This document shows, piece by piece, positions 40,868 through 55,100 of a DNA stretch of 60,000 nt; position 1 is the stretch's first letter, and each line of letters opens with the position of its first letter. A program made the position numbers and the translations under genes. The notes under the pieces were generated by a model. It did not search any database and was not told the origin of the DNA. It was given only the letters and a program-made list of their open reading frames with translations. Source of the DNA: Felis catus (taxonomy: Eukaryota); contig NC_058368.1 of assembly GCF_018350175.1 (NCBI RefSeq), forward strand, positions 187,862,001 through 187,922,000, read 5' to 3'.

Positions 40868-41102
40868 AAAACGTCCAGTTTTAACAAAAAATTGTAAGGT
40901 ATACAAAGAGACAGAAAAATTTGACCCACAACCAGGAAAAAAAAACAAAACAAAAAGAGCAGTAAACAGAAATATCTGAATATCACCGATTTTAGATCTA
41001 GCAAAGACTTGAAAGCAGCTATAAACATGTTCAAAGAACTAAAGAAAATTGTGTTTAAAGACTTAAATGAAAGCATGACAATGATTAAAAAAAGAGAACC
41101 AT

Positions 41103-42540
41103 TAGCACAAAAACAGACACATAGACCAATGGAATAGAATAGAAACCCCAGAACTAGACCCACAAATGTATGGCCAACTCATCTTTGACAAAGCAGGAAA
41201 GAACAGCCAATGGAAAAAAGACAGTCTCTTTAACAAATGGGAGAACTGGACAGCAACATGCAGAAGATTGAAACTAGACCACTTTCTCACACCATTCACA
41301 AAAATAAACTCAAAATGGATAAAGGACCTGAATGTGAGACAGGAAACCATCAAAACCCTAGAGGAGAAAGCAGGAAAAGACCTCTCTGACCTCAGCCATA
41401 GCAATTTCTTACTTGACACATCCCCAAAGGCAAGGGAATTAAAAGCAAAAATGAACTACTGGGACCTTATGAAGATAAAAAGCTTCTACACAGCAAAGGA
41501 AACAACCAACAAAACTAAAAGGCAACCAACGGAATGGGAAAAGATATTTGCAAATAACATATCGGACAAAAGGCTAGTATCCAAAATCTATAAAGAGCTC
41601 ACCAAACTCCACACTCGAAAAACAAATAAACCAGTGAAGAAATGGGCAGAAAACATGAATAGACACTTCTCTAAAGAAGACATCCATATGGCCAACAGTC
41701 ACATGAAGAGATGCTCAACGTCGCTCCTCATCAGGGAAATACAAATCAAAACCACACTCAGATATCACCTCACGCCAGTCAGAGTGGCCAAAATGAACAA
41801 ATCAGGAGACTATAGGTGCTGGAGAGGATGTGGAGAAACAGGAACCCTCTTGCACTGTTGGTGGGAATGCAAACTGGTGCAGCTGCTCTGGAAAAGTGTG
41901 GAGGTTCCTCAGAAAATTAAAAATACATCTACCCTATGACCCAGCAATAGCACTGCTAGGAATTTACCCAAGGGATACAGGAGTACTGATGCATAGGGGC
42001 ACTTGTACCCCAATGTTTATAGCAGCACTCTCAACAATAGCCAAACTATGGAAAGAGCCTAAATGTTCATCAACTGATGAATGGATAAAAAAAATTGTGG
42101 TTTATATACACAATGGAGTACTATGTGGCAATGAGAAAGAATGAAGTATGGCCCTTTGTAGCAACGTGGATGGAACTGGAAAGTGTGATGCTAAGAGAAA
42201 TAAGCAATACAGAGAAAGACAGACACCATATGTTTTCACTCTTATGTGGATCCTGAGAAACTTAACAGAAACCCATGGGGAAGGGAAGGAAAAAAAAAAA
42301 AAAAAAAAAAGAGGTTAGAGTGGGAGAGAGCCAAAGCATAAGAGACTCTTAAAACCTGAGAACAAACTGAGGGTTGATGGGGGGTGGGAGGGACAGGAGG
42401 GTGGGTGATAGGTATTGAGGAAGGCACCTTTTGGGATGAGCACTGGGTGTTGTATGGAAACCAATTTGACAATAAATTTCATATATTTAAAATAAAATAT
42501 AAAATAAAATAAAATAAAAAAATAAAATATAAAAAAAATA
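41103..42540 (+). mobile_element. Relatively young 5'-truncated feline L1
   Basis: 257-aa ORF2 C-terminal remnant (41166-41939), 3' UTR, A-rich tail; perfect 15-bp TSD aaaaaagagaaccat (41088-41102, 42541-42555). Confidence 0.96.
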
Positions 42541-43243
42541 AAAAAAGAGAACCATGACAAAAGGAGAAAAATTATTTAAAAGGAAAAAATTGAAAAGTCC
42601 AATAACTGAAATGAAAAATTCATAGAAAGGAGATTTGAACTGGCATGAAAATTAAATAAAATTCAAGGTAGAGCAATAGACACCCAATCTGAAGAACTGA
42701 GAGCAGAAAAAAGATGGTGAAAAATGAAGAGCCCTCACAATATATGTGTTGAGAGTCCCAGAAAGGGGACAGAAGAAATAGTTGAAGAAATAATGGCTGA
42801 AATCTTCAAAATGTTGATGAAAAATGTTAATCTAAAGATCCAAGCAGCTCAATGAACCCCAAGTACATAAATCCGTATCTAGAACCACCAGAGTCAAAAT
42901 GTTGAAAGACAAAGAGAAAATCTGAATGAACAGAAGGAAAACAACTTATCAGGCTCAGAACAACAGTATTATTATTATCTGATTTCTTGCCAAAGAAATC
43001 AGTGTGATGACATACTCAAAATGTTGAAAGAAAAAAACTGTCAACCAAGAATTAGATATGCAGCAAGACCGTACCTCAAAATGAAGGCAAAATAAAGACA
43101 TTCACAGATAAAGACAGAAATAGTGCTACCAAATCTCCCTTACAAGACATACGAAAGGAAATCCTTTGGACTGGAAGGAAATGATACCAGACGGTAACTC
43201 AAATCGACATGGAGAAATGAAAAGCTTTAGAAATGGTTCTATA

Positions 43244-44938
43244 GGGAGACCGGGTGGCTGGCTGAGTCAGTTACGCTTCCAACTTTGGCTCAGGTCATGA
43301 TCTCACAGTCTGTGAGTTCGAGCCCCATGTTGGGCTCTGTGCTGACAGTTCACAGCCTGGAGCCTGCTTTGGATTCTGTTCTGTGTCTCCCTCTCTCTCT
43401 GCCCCTCCCCTGCTTGTGCTCTCTCTTAAAAATAAACGTTAAAAAAATTTAGAAATGGTTCTATAAATACATTATTTTCTCAATTTCTTTAAAAGACAAA
43501 AAAGACTAATTACAATACTTTGTGGATGAGTTTACAACATATAATTGATATAATGTATATGACAATGGTGGCACCAAGGAAGAAGAAACAGTTATCCTGA
43601 AGCAAAATTTCTATATTTTACTGGAATTACCAAGTATTAAACTAAACTAGACTCTAATAGGATGCATAATATAAATCTATACAGCAACCACTAAATAAAT
43701 TTAGCTAAGAAACAGTTTAAATATTAGAAATATTACAACGGTACACTAAAAAATTATCTAACATAAAAGGCACTAATTTTAATTTTTAAAAATTAAATTT
43801 AAATTTTAAAATATTTTTAATCCCCTTGCTATCAAGAATTAAGACACTTGTAAAGAGGATGACAGTGCTTTAGAACATGTCATCCAGTCCCAGAGAACTC
43901 ACTTCTAGTTGTTTTGAGAACTATGTTAAAAATAAACCTTTACTGGGCACCTAGGTGGCTGTTGGTTGAGCATCTGACTCTTGATTCTGGATCAGGCCAC
44001 GATGTAATGGTTCATGAATTTGGGCCCAGTGACAGGTTCCACATTGACAGCAGGAGTCAGCTTGGGAGTTCTCTCTCTCCTCTCTCTGCCCCACCCCTGC
44101 TCATAGGCATGTGCTCTCTTTCAAAATAAACAAACATTAAAAATAAATAAATAAACAAACAAACAAACAATAAACCTTTACCTCACTGAATCAGGGACTC
44201 GCACCACAGATCTTCAGTTGTTTTTCTATAGGTAACCCAAGGCCATTTTCCACTGAATTAGCAAAATGAGTTCTTTGCAGACAGACTAATTCAGTTTGCA
44301 AATGTTTAAAATCTATTCTTTGCCTTCACAAATATAGGTATGCTAGGATCTTATTTTGTTCTATTTTCCAGGGAACAATGTTCTTGGATTATAGGGTAAA
44401 AGAATTTCACAGAATAGAGAGAACTGTATTTTCTTAAAGACAAAACAACTTTGAAGTATTATATTGCAAAACATGATCCCAACAAACATTCTATACTTTT
44501 AAACTAATCAATTATCTAGTTATTTCTTATTTTTTGAGGTGGGGAGGAGCAGAGGGAGAAGGAGAGAGAGAATCTTAAGCAGGCTCCACGCCCATCATGG
44601 AGCCCGACACAGGGCTCGATCTCATGATCATGAGATCATGACCTGAGCCAAAAATCAAGTCAGACAGTTCACAGACTGAGCCACCCAGGTGCTGCTCTGC
44701 AGTTATTTTTAAATTTCATCACCACTGAGGGGCGCCCGGGTGGCTCAGTCCATGAAGCGTCTGACTTCAGCTCAGGTCATGATCTCATGGTTCGTGGGTT
44801 CGAGCCCCGCGTCGGGCTCTGTGCTCACAGCTAAGAGCCTGGAGCCTGCTTTGGATTCTGTGTCTCCCTCTCTCTCTACCACTCCCCTGCTCTCTCTCTC
44901 TCCCAAAAATAAATAAACATTAAAAAAATTAAAAAAAA
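43244..44938. mobile_element. Four CAN-SINEs (~43244-43449 +, ~43945-44170 +, ~44522-44692 -, ~44729-44938 +)
   Basis: Typical structure; TSDs tttagaaatggttctata and aataaacctttac. Confidence 0.9.
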
Positions 44939-47222
44939 ATTTCATTGCTACTGAGATCTTTCAACAGTGATCTAACCCATGTCTAAATGTGGTTACTTTG
45001 ATTAATGATACCACTATAAACTAAGTTAGGTTTTAACTGATAATTTAACAGGTGGAAGAGGAGCATTTGGAAAAAAAAATACAAACTCAGTCTGAGTTGA
45101 TATTAAAATTTAATCAAATCATTGAGGCAAGAGTAGACTTTTAAAAATGGTGCTGGGACAACTTGGTAGTCATTTGGAAAAAGACAAAACTAGAATATAT
45201 GTTGCATCTTACACAAGAGCAAACTCCAAGTAGACTGGAGATCTAAATATAAAAAGTGAAACCATGTAAGTATTGGAAGAAGATACAGGTGAATTCCTCT
45301 TTAATCTCAGTGTGAGGAATAGCGTTCCAACTGTAACTCAAATCCTAGAGAATTTAAGTTGATACAACTTTAATTTTGGTGTAAACTGGCAAATGTCAGA
45401 AGGTGCTCCTTAATTCCCTTATTAATCATGAAACCACCACCTTTTCAGTGCTAGCTAGGAATATTCCCTATTCTTAAGATCAGTGAATACAAAAGAAACA
45501 ATTTGGAGCTTATAAATGTATACTCCTTCTATCATTAAATGATAAAAAACTTGCATTAAATACATTAAAAAAATTCATTTAACGATCCTGCAATGATCAT
45601 AGATTTAATAGATAACAAGGAGAAAATCAAGAGATTCACACCAGCAGGTTAATTTCCATATTGTAAATCTGTCAGCAGGTCTCTGCTTCCCCCTGCAGTT
45701 TTGTAAAGTAATTGCTATAAAATAAACTTTTAAGTCAAGCACTGTGTTCAAAGATCACATAATGGTCAAAGAGAAGGTTAAAGAACCACACACTTACTAA
45801 AGGGTTGGAAAATGGAGGCACAAGTACCATTGCTGCTTCAGTCTTATCTAGGTGGGGTGGAACAACTACACATTGAAAGGACTGGAGACACCCATCCTAC
45901 AAATGATCCGGAAGGGAATTCCTTCATCATTAAAAAGAAAGACCAGCTTCAGTTTTGTTTTCTTTGAAATCAGACATCATTTGCTTCACACATACAGACA
46001 TACTTGTTTTTTCCACAAGTTACTTTTAGAAGTCTTCTAGGGAGTCTGGAGGGAGGTTCTCTGGATTTGAGCTATAGTGAGAATCTGACCTCTCACTAAG
46101 TCTTATCTTTCTCAGGATAGATGACTGACCTATAAGGAACTAATCTTGGAAATATTTCCTTGTTTCTTAGTTCAGAAAGTTCTATTTCCCAAAATTCAAT
46201 TTAATAGAAATAAATTTCCTTATTTTAGTACTGTTTAAATTCAGCCCAACAAACCTTTTATAGAACCTGAGCAAAGAGGAAGATAAAAGAAAAACATCCC
46301 ATGAGTCAACTCTTCTGATGTGAGATGCAGTCAGTATACTGGTTATACTTGCGTTTTCGAAGCTTGGTCATATTTGTCAATCTGGCTTTCTGTCTCCCAA
46401 AGAGTGACCACAGTTCTACCTATAACAAAATGACCTGGAGATGTTTGTTAAAGCAGATTCCTGGCTGCCACCTCACAAGTCTGTGCTATCACACACTTCT
46501 CAGGGCTTTGCATGATTAATAAATTTCCTGTGACTCTTAGGCACTATACAGTTTGAGAACCATTGATCTACACAAAGTGATCTTCCTTAATAAACACAAG
46601 GAACGCTGAATGCCACTTTAACTGTTTCATCAGCAAACAATCTAAAATTATCCCACTAACTTCCAAATGTTTTAGGAGTAAAAATTTTGGAAAAGTTATT
46701 TCCCCTGACTTAAACTCAGGATCAGAAATCTAAGGTCTTTCCAATTCTTAAATTCTAGGATTTTATTTAATCATTTGTTAACAGTGTTCGTTAAATCCAA
46801 TACTAGTAAACTTTAAGAAATTAATAAATATGGCAACCTTAATTCAAAAGGATGCCCATTAAAAAGGAAAAAACAAATCAGAAAGAGTTTTGTCATAAGG
46901 TTAACAGAATATGCAGGCCACTATAGAAAAGTTACTGAAAACTTTCTGGAAGCAACCAGAAGAATGTTCCCTGCAAACAGACCCACTGCTACAGCACCAT
47001 TGATAACAATTATGAAAATAATGCAATGAGAAGGCAGAAACATGGAAATCAAAAGGATTAAGTACTGTGAGATTAAGGAAAAATGAGAGGGAAACAACTG
47101 ATGAAGAACTTCTGTTCCAAACAATACTTCAATAATGGTCTCTGGCTAGAGATAAAGTCTTGAAGAATAATCCTTCATGTCTTCAGAGCCTAAGGAAAAT
47201 GTTTTAAAATCCCAGAAATCTT

Positions 47223-47415
47223 GGGGTGCCTGGGTGGCTCAGTCGGTTAAGCACCCGACTCTTGGTTTCAGCTCAGGTCATGATCTCCTGGTTTGTGAGT
47301 TCAAGCCCCATGTCAGGCAGTATGGAGCCTGCTTCGTATTCTCTCTCTGCCCCACCCCCATCCCCCAAGAGCTCTCTCGCTCACTCTCTTTCTCTTCCTC
47401 TCAAAATACACTTTA
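47223..47415 (+). mobile_element. CAN-SINE
   Basis: TSD tttaaaatcccagaaatcttg. Confidence 0.92.
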
Positions 47416-48949
47416 AAATCCCAGAAATCTTGTGCTCTGAGTCCACATTTACCAAACACAGACTTCTGTACTTAAATGGATCTATGGGTATATCTATTTA
47501 CAAATGAATACCATGGGCAAACAACTGGTAGGAGGGAGCCAACCCATTAAAGTAACTACCTCTGCACTTTGGCTTACAAATAAACTTTTCATTTATAGCA
47601 AGAATTACATCACTAGAGCCCTAATGAACTCTAAGTCCCTCCATCTTCTCCATATTTGTAAATGGAATCACCATCCACCCAGTAGCTGAAGCTAAGAAAT
47701 CATGCTGTATACTACTTTGCCCCATTGCATGGAACATTTCCCTCTCTGATTGTCACACATTTGACTTTTTCCCTCCAAGTCTTTGCTGATCTACAACCTC
47801 TCCAGAGAAGGCTTTTCCTGACCAGCCAATCTAAAGTAGTCCTCCCCATCCTTCCAGCCCCACCCCTACATCACTTCATCTTAAAAATTTTTTATACCTC
47901 CCAACTAGCATATAGCAGCTAGGAGAGAAGAGAAACCCTCTCATCCTGTTTACCACTGTATCCCTAAGGGCTTCAAACAATTCGTGGCATGTGGAAGAAA
48001 TCCAAGCATTTCTGGAATAAATAAATGAATGAGATAAACTCTCTGTAACTCGTAAGATCAATTACTGACCTTCACGGTAGAGATAATCATAGTATTTATT
48101 CAACAGCTATTGAGTGAAGGAAGATGATGTGCAAGGCCTTAAGACAGTGGTCTTCAAACTTCAGTGAGCGCATAAGAATTATCTAGGGAATTTACATACG
48201 ACTAAACTCCACTGTGACAAGTAGCCCATAAAAGGTGATTTTCTCACAGGATCAGCCCTATGCAGTATGTTCTATAGGTTCTGATACTATAAAGCATCTT
48301 TGTATCATAATATCATAGCAACAATTCTCATCTGCTACCAGATTTGTCCTTTACATCAGCCACACCTTTGAGAAGCACTTATTTGCTTCACAGTTCCAGT
48401 ACATCTCAAATGTGTGCTAAAATCCCATTCCTCTGGATAGTCATGTAAACATTTAGGTTTTCACAAATACTTAAGATATACTGCTGAAACACACACACAC
48501 ACACACACACACACGCAGTGCTTTCCTTAAAAGATTTTGCCTGTTTTTAAAAATCTTAGCTGCCTTCTTCCTCCATTACTCTTGTTTTTGTTTTTGCCTC
48601 CTCTCCCTCCCCTTCTCCATTACTGATTTAGGAGTTCTGCTGAGAACTGGAACTCCAATTGAGCCTGGATTATCTTCTCAGCCACAGGGCAAGTCAAGTC
48701 AGCTTGAATAACAGGCTTTAGCTATTGATACTTGATTCTACCTGAAGAGAAACATACACAGATCCTATAATAGCATTTCTTTCCAAATCCTCAAAGGTCA
48801 GCTTTCTGTGCTCTGGTAAAAAGTCCATGCTGGTGGTAAAGAATCAATTTTTATTTATATTCTCAAAATGGAATTACTTGTGTTGTTGATTATAAATGTG
48901 ATGTGCACTTACCGTATAAAAAAAAAAGTAGAGAATAAAACAGGTGAAG

Positions 48950-49170
48950 GGGATTAAGAGGTTCAAACTTCCAGTTATAAAATAAGTCACAGGGATGAAA
49001 AGCACAGCATAGGGAATACAGTCAATAATACCGTAATAACTTTGTATGCTGACAGACTTACCAGTAAGCACTACCATGGCAAGAACTGAGTAATGTGTGG
49101 AACTGTTAAATCACTGTGTTGTCCACCTAAACCTAATAGAACTCTGTATGTCAACTATACTTCAAAAAAG
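48950..49170 (+). mobile_element. L1 3' UTR fragment
   Basis: caaacttccagttataaaataagtcac...tgtatgtcaactatacttcaa; similar copy at ~58115-58330. Confidence 0.8.
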
Positions 49171-49298
49171 TATATTAAACATAAATGAAAATTTCCCAAT
49201 AATCACACCCTGTATCTTTCCAAACTTTCACGTCTGAACACATTTTTACACAGGTTTTTAACTCAAAAGGAATCATCATGGACTATTCTATAACCTGC

Positions 49299-52026
49299 TG
49301 TAAAGGGAAAACACCTCTTGCGTGTCTCCTCTCCTGCCAACACACTGAACACTTCTGTGACCAGACGTGTGGGAGTTTCCCCTGCACCAACAACTCCAAC
49401 TCTACAGCAGACACCAGATGCTGCCCTGCGTTTTCACTCACTTTGGACACACTCCACCTGGAGACGCATCAGATCCCACAAATTAAGGACTTGCTCCCAA
49501 CCCCACCCCTACTTCAGATGCCAACTGCCAGTCAAGGTTGTCACCTCTGCTTTTGACCCCTGGGCTATAAACTGGAAGTTCCCATGACTTCCTCCTCAGC
49601 TGCAATTAATTTGCTAAAGAGACTCCCAGAACTCAAGAAAACAGTTCACTTACTAGATTACTGTTTTATTCTAAAGAGTGTAACTCTGAGGCCCCTGGGT
49701 GGCTCAGTCGGTTAAGCGTCCAACTTTGGCTCAGGTCATGATCTCACGGCTCATGAGTTCAAGCCCTACATCGGTCTCTGTGCTGACAGCTCACAGCCTG
49801 GAGCCTGCTTTGAATTCTCTGTCTCCCTCCTCTCTCTGCCTCTCCCCTGCTCATGCTCTGTCTCTCTCCCCTTCAAAAATAAATAAACATTAAAAAAAAT
49901 TAAAAAAAAAAAAAGACTAACTCTGGGCACAGGCAGACAGAAGAGACGGTATGCAGGAAGGGGCACTGAGCTTCCATGCTGAGTATGTCACCCTCCTTGC
50001 ACCTCTACATGTTCACCCAATTCAGAAGCTCTCTGAACCCTTTTGTTTAAATTTTTTTTTCATTGAGTACTTTTGTTTTATTCAAATGCCAAAACATAAG
50101 TTTCAAGTACAAATCGTAGTTATACTCAGTTTATTTATTTTTTAATGTTTATTTATTTTTGACAGAGTGAGAAACAGAGCATGAGCGGGGGAGGGGCAGA
50201 GAGAGAGGGAGACAGAATCTGAAGCAGGCTCCAAGCTCTGAGCTGTCAGCACAGACCCCGACGTGGGGCTCAAACTCACAGACCGCGAGATCATGACCTG
50301 AGCTGAAGTTGGATGCTCAACCGACTGAGTCATCCAGGTGCCCCATCAGTTTGTTTGATTTAAAAACATCGATTATGCTATGTTAACAACTTCCAAAACC
50401 AAATGGAAGTTGTGACTAAAACATCTCTTAGTGCATTTCTGGAGGATTACCCTTAATATATTTAGTACCTACTCCAATTTTCACTCCACAAAAAGGAAAA
50501 TGATGATGCTATAAGAAAAAGATAGTGAACAGTTATAATATGAAAGACTTCCTGAGAAAAACTTTAACCAGTGCTAGACAGACGAAGGATACCTGTTTCT
50601 GTCCCATATTATAGCAAACAGGTTTAAACATTCTGCAAAAGTGCATTTCTGGTCCTACCCAGCCATAAATAGATATCTCATATCTCTTATTACATCATAG
50701 AAAGCCCAACTTTTCATCAATAGGATTTAGAATTTGCTAATTGCTTGAGGTTCTTTTCCTAAGAAAAAGGGGGTAAGAAGAAAACTCAAGTGTCTATGAA
50801 CCAAATAACGAAAATAAATATTTAAATGCACTCTGATTTAAATACTTTCAAATGAGGTTGAACTGAGTGAACAGCATAGAAATTTGTATCATCATTAAGC
50901 TTAAGAGATACCCAAATATTTTAATATTTATAAAATCAAATGAAGTAACTTCCATTGTTAAGTCCCTCCAAATTTCCCCCACTGTTTAGTTTTGTTATAT
51001 AATGAAGGTTAGTAACTTATATTTTAGTGTGAACACATTCATTTCTGCTGACAGCAAAACACAGATTTTCTTTAATGTTCTATGAAGACAAGAATTAGAT
51101 ACCTAGGATCAAAGAACAAAACAAAACAGAAGCCCTTGGGTGGCTCAGTCAGTTAGGCGTCTGACTTCAGCTCAGGTCATGATCTTATGGTTTGGGGATT
51201 TGAGCCCTGTGCCGGGCTCTGTGCTGACAGCTCTGAGCCTGGAGTCTGCTTCGGATTCCGTGTGTCCCTCCCTCTCTGCCCTCCCCTGCTCGTGCTCTGT
51301 CTTTCTCAAAAGTATAAACATTAAAAAAAAAAAAAAAAAAAAAAAGAACAAAACAAAACTAGCTGAGTACTTTGGTAAGTGCACAATATTAGGGTATTTT
51401 ATTTAGTTTAGCACATGGCTGTTACTATGACTGATACTGTATGCTACTTTTAGAATTAGATGGTCTTTTCCTGAAGATTTAAGGCAGACTTCAATTCTAT
51501 CTGCACACTCATAGTACTAAAATGGATTTTTTAATTTTTAAAAAATATTTACTTTGAGAGACAGAGAGAGAGGATGACAGAGGGCAGAGAGAGAGGGAGA
51601 CACAGAACTCGAAGTGGGCTCCAGGCTTCACAATGTCAGCACAGAGCCTGACGCAGGGCTCGAACTCACAACCTGTGAGATCATGACCTGAGCGCTTAAC
51701 TGAGCCACCCAGGCGCCCCTGGGGTTTTAATGTAGGTTTCAGTACATAAGCACCACTGGTCAAATCATTGGTCACTAGTGATTAACTCAACCTCCAGCCT
51801 CTGTCCCCTCCCCAGAGGTAGGGCTGAAAGCTCCAAACTCTGACAACCAGACCTCATTCTTGAGGTGATTTTTGGAAAGCTCCTATGTGTGTGGTTGAAA
51901 GGGGCTGGTTATAAATAACAAAACACACCCTTATTTCTTATTAGGAAATTCCAAGGGTTTAGGAACTCTGCTAGGAACTGGGACAAACCCAAGTACATAA
52001 TTGTTATTATAAGCCATATTATCACA
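49299..52026 (-). mobile_element. MER21-like LTR split by SINEs and a ~1.5 kb insertion
   Basis: LTR-like sequence 49299-50048 resumes at ~51720 (aaatcattggtcactagtgattaactcaacctccagcc...ggaaattccaagggtttagg...atcaca); SINEs at ~49689-49912, ~50129-50344, ~51133-51345, ~51530-51719. Confidence 0.65.
50052..51520 (-). pseudogene. Probable 5'-truncated retrocopy or orphan transduction of an unidentified 3' UTR
   Basis: Unique AT-rich sequence interrupting an LTR; minus-strand AATAAA (50077-50082) 16 nt before an A9 tail (50052-50060). Confidence 0.55.
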
Positions 52027-53768
52027 CCTGCTTAATTCAATTAACAGGTATTTTTTCCACATCAATATTAAGATTTATCTTTCTAATGACTGCATTACAT
52101 GCTACTGCATAAAAATGGCAAAACTGTTTAAAGTAATACCCTCTGTTGAACATTTCTAATGTTCAAAATTATGAATGATGTTGTGACACATCTTTATGTA
52201 TACATCTGTACACATCTCTAATAACTTCCTTAAAATAAATGACTAAAAGTTGTAAAATTCAGTTCCTCATCTCTACTAGCCACATTTCAAATGCTCCACA
52301 GCTGATGACTATTAAAATGTGGTTGATCATGGCCAGTAGCTACCATACTGAACAGAGTATACATAGAACATTCCCATCATTGCAAAAGGTTCTATTGATA
52401 GCCTTAGTCTAAAGAAATATTCATATTAAAAATGTGATACCTATATCCCACAGAAATGACATAGCACTTTAAACTCCCAAAATTAGCACAAGCACTCTTT
52501 ATGTCCTCTCATTGCTGACATCAGATAAATCGAGACGTAATGTTTTAATCTGCACTTAAACACTATTAGTGAGGCTAAAAATCTGTTCACACTTTTTGGC
52601 AATTTGTGTTTATTTTGTTGTCGTTGAATTATCTCAACTCTATTTTAAAAGAATCAAGTTTAAAGGTATCCTGTTCCTAGTGACCTATAAAAGCAAACCA
52701 TGTGTGCAGTGAAGAGAGATTTCTTCATCTGTTTTGCTGGTTTCCTAATAATTTCATAAAGATATTTATCAAAACACCAGAAAAATACCCAAGAGAGTAG
52801 TACCACAATTAGGTAAAGGTAGTCTGCACTCTTGGAGGTTGTTTCTTTAGTGGAATTAATGGCTTACATTTCTATAAAATAACAATGGCTATCACCACAG
52901 CATGTTGTTTCTAAGAGATATTGTTACAAATTTTCAAATTAAGCTACAAAAACATACAAGTCGATACACAAATATAAAATACAAAATGTTTATATCTGAA
53001 AAGCGATTATATTTACACAAAAGTCTAGAGTAGGAAAAAACCAACCTATGGAATAGGAATCAGAGCAGTGGGTCCCTGGGTTGGTGGGGGTGCAGGGACA
53101 GAATGAGTGGTGATGCACACAATGGGAGTTTCTGGAATGATGGTTATGTTCTGGATCCTAATAAGGGTGTGAGTTACACAGGTGCATACAGTTGTCAAGA
53201 CTCACTGAACTGTACACAGAATGTAAACAGTTTCACTATATGTAAGTTATATCTTAACTTTTAAAAGGAAGAAAAAAGTTTAAAACTCATTGTACCATTT
53301 AGAATATTCAACTTAGAGGCAATAAAAGTAATTGTTTTAAATATTTATAGAACTTAAAATGTGATTCCTGGCCAGGAGACACAAAGTTTTACTAAATTGG
53401 GAATGGGAGGCAGAGTATGTAACATCTCGAGTCAAATCACACAACTGTCAAACCATTGGCACCGTAGAAAATTCACCATCAGGGTAAAACACATTAAGGT
53501 ACCAGAAAGGCATTGCTAACATTTTAACATAGACATTTAATCAATGCTTCTAAAAAGCCTGCACCTGTGATATGAATCAAACACTTTCTGGAAAATCATT
53601 TCCCTAATTATTGAACAGTATGTGATTTAATTTTCTGAGCCATTTCTGCTGAGGTAGTTTATGAAATTGGTTCATTTTGCCCTTTGTCCTTCTCTTCTAA
53701 GCCATTGTTATTTTATCCTATCACACTAGCACAAAAGCTAACACATGCATGTTAAAACTAATAGACTT

Positions 53769-53962
53769 GGGGTGTGTGGGTGGCTCAGGCGGTTAAGCGT
53801 CTGACTCTTGATTTTGGCTCAGGTCACAATCTCACGGTTGTGGGATGGAACCCCATATGAGGCTCTGACAGCATGGAGCCTGCTTAAGATTCTCTCTGCC
53901 CTTTTCCCCACTTGCATGGGTGTGCACATGCTCTCTCTCAAAAAAATAAAAAATAAAATAAA
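53769..53962 (+). mobile_element. CAN-SINE
   Basis: Diverged body; TSD aatagactt. Confidence 0.88.
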
Positions 53963-54660
53963 ACCAATAGACTTAATAATGAAAAATGCCCAAGGAGAGA
54001 CAAGATGCTCCATGTCACATTACTTCCCAATTCCCACCGTTACAGTGCACATTCAGAATCCCTGCCCATTACCAACGTATCATAACCTGTTCAGTGAGTG
54101 AGTTGTTCAGAAGCCTAAGCTACAAATCTCATTCAAGTTCCTTGCAGACAAGGAACTCAGATATTATGGTAACTCTTCAGATGACCTCGATTAGGAGATG
54201 AGAAGGATATGTGGAGGATACCAAGACTTCAGTCCCCAAAAGTGAAGGCTTGCCCAGTTAAGGATGTGGCCCAGGGGCAAAGAAGCAGGAAAATGTACAT
54301 TGTATTAGTGTATTTGCTTTGTAGAAAGACAGCTGTTTTTGTTATTAAATGCTACATTATACTTTGGAATCAGACCTGGCTTTGAGAATCAGTTCTGCCA
54401 TTTATTACATGTGTGATCTTGGGCAAGTTACTAAGTTCTGTTCTCTTATGGGAAATGCTAACAGTATATGTTTCATAGGTGTGTTGTAAAGATCACATGA
54501 AAACACAACTTTCTAAGTTTAGTGGATGGCAAATTATAGGTGCTTAACAAATGATAACTACTATCATATACAAGTCTATTTCTCAAGAATGTTATGCAAA
54601 CAATACAGGGCCGAGTCACTGCCCTCTGCAACCAAACCACCACCAGAATATTCAGGCAGT

Positions 54661-54697
<37 letters not shown>

Positions 54698-55100
54698 TTC
54701 AAGGGATTAATACAAATAAGCAGCATACCATAATTCTAAAGTCTAACCAAAAAACATCCCTTACAGGAATTTCAGCAGCCAACCACCAATAAGGCCATTA
54801 AAAAAAAAAAAAAACAAAGCTAAAAGGTAGATACAGATGTTATAAAATTATATGAGGCAAACAGAAGAACTCAGTTGACCAAAAAAAAAAAAAAAAGGAA
54901 AAAAAAAAAGGAAATCTGTTAAGCAGACACACTCCGTGCTACTGATTTATCTCAGCTCCGTCACTACTAAAGCAATAAGGACACAGATGGGCAAGTAACT
55001 CTTTCAGCACAGATGACCCAATCTGTGATAGAGTATCAAACACATTTATTCATTTTAAAAAGCAGTTTATCGTGGCAGATAGTGCACAATAAATATTTAC

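Larger units (their letters stand above)
39700..43790 (+). mobile_element. Ancient L1 5'/ORF1 relic hosting younger insertions
   Basis: ORF1-like remnants (gaaataatggctgaaatcttc, ctgtcaaccaagaatt, aaaatgaaggcaaaataaagacattc); boundaries approximate. Confidence 0.6.

Noticed and set aside
41166..42144. 257-aa and 104-aa ORFs
   Set aside because: C-terminal L1 ORF2 remnants of a 5'-truncated, frameshifted copy lacking endonuclease and reverse transcriptase domains.
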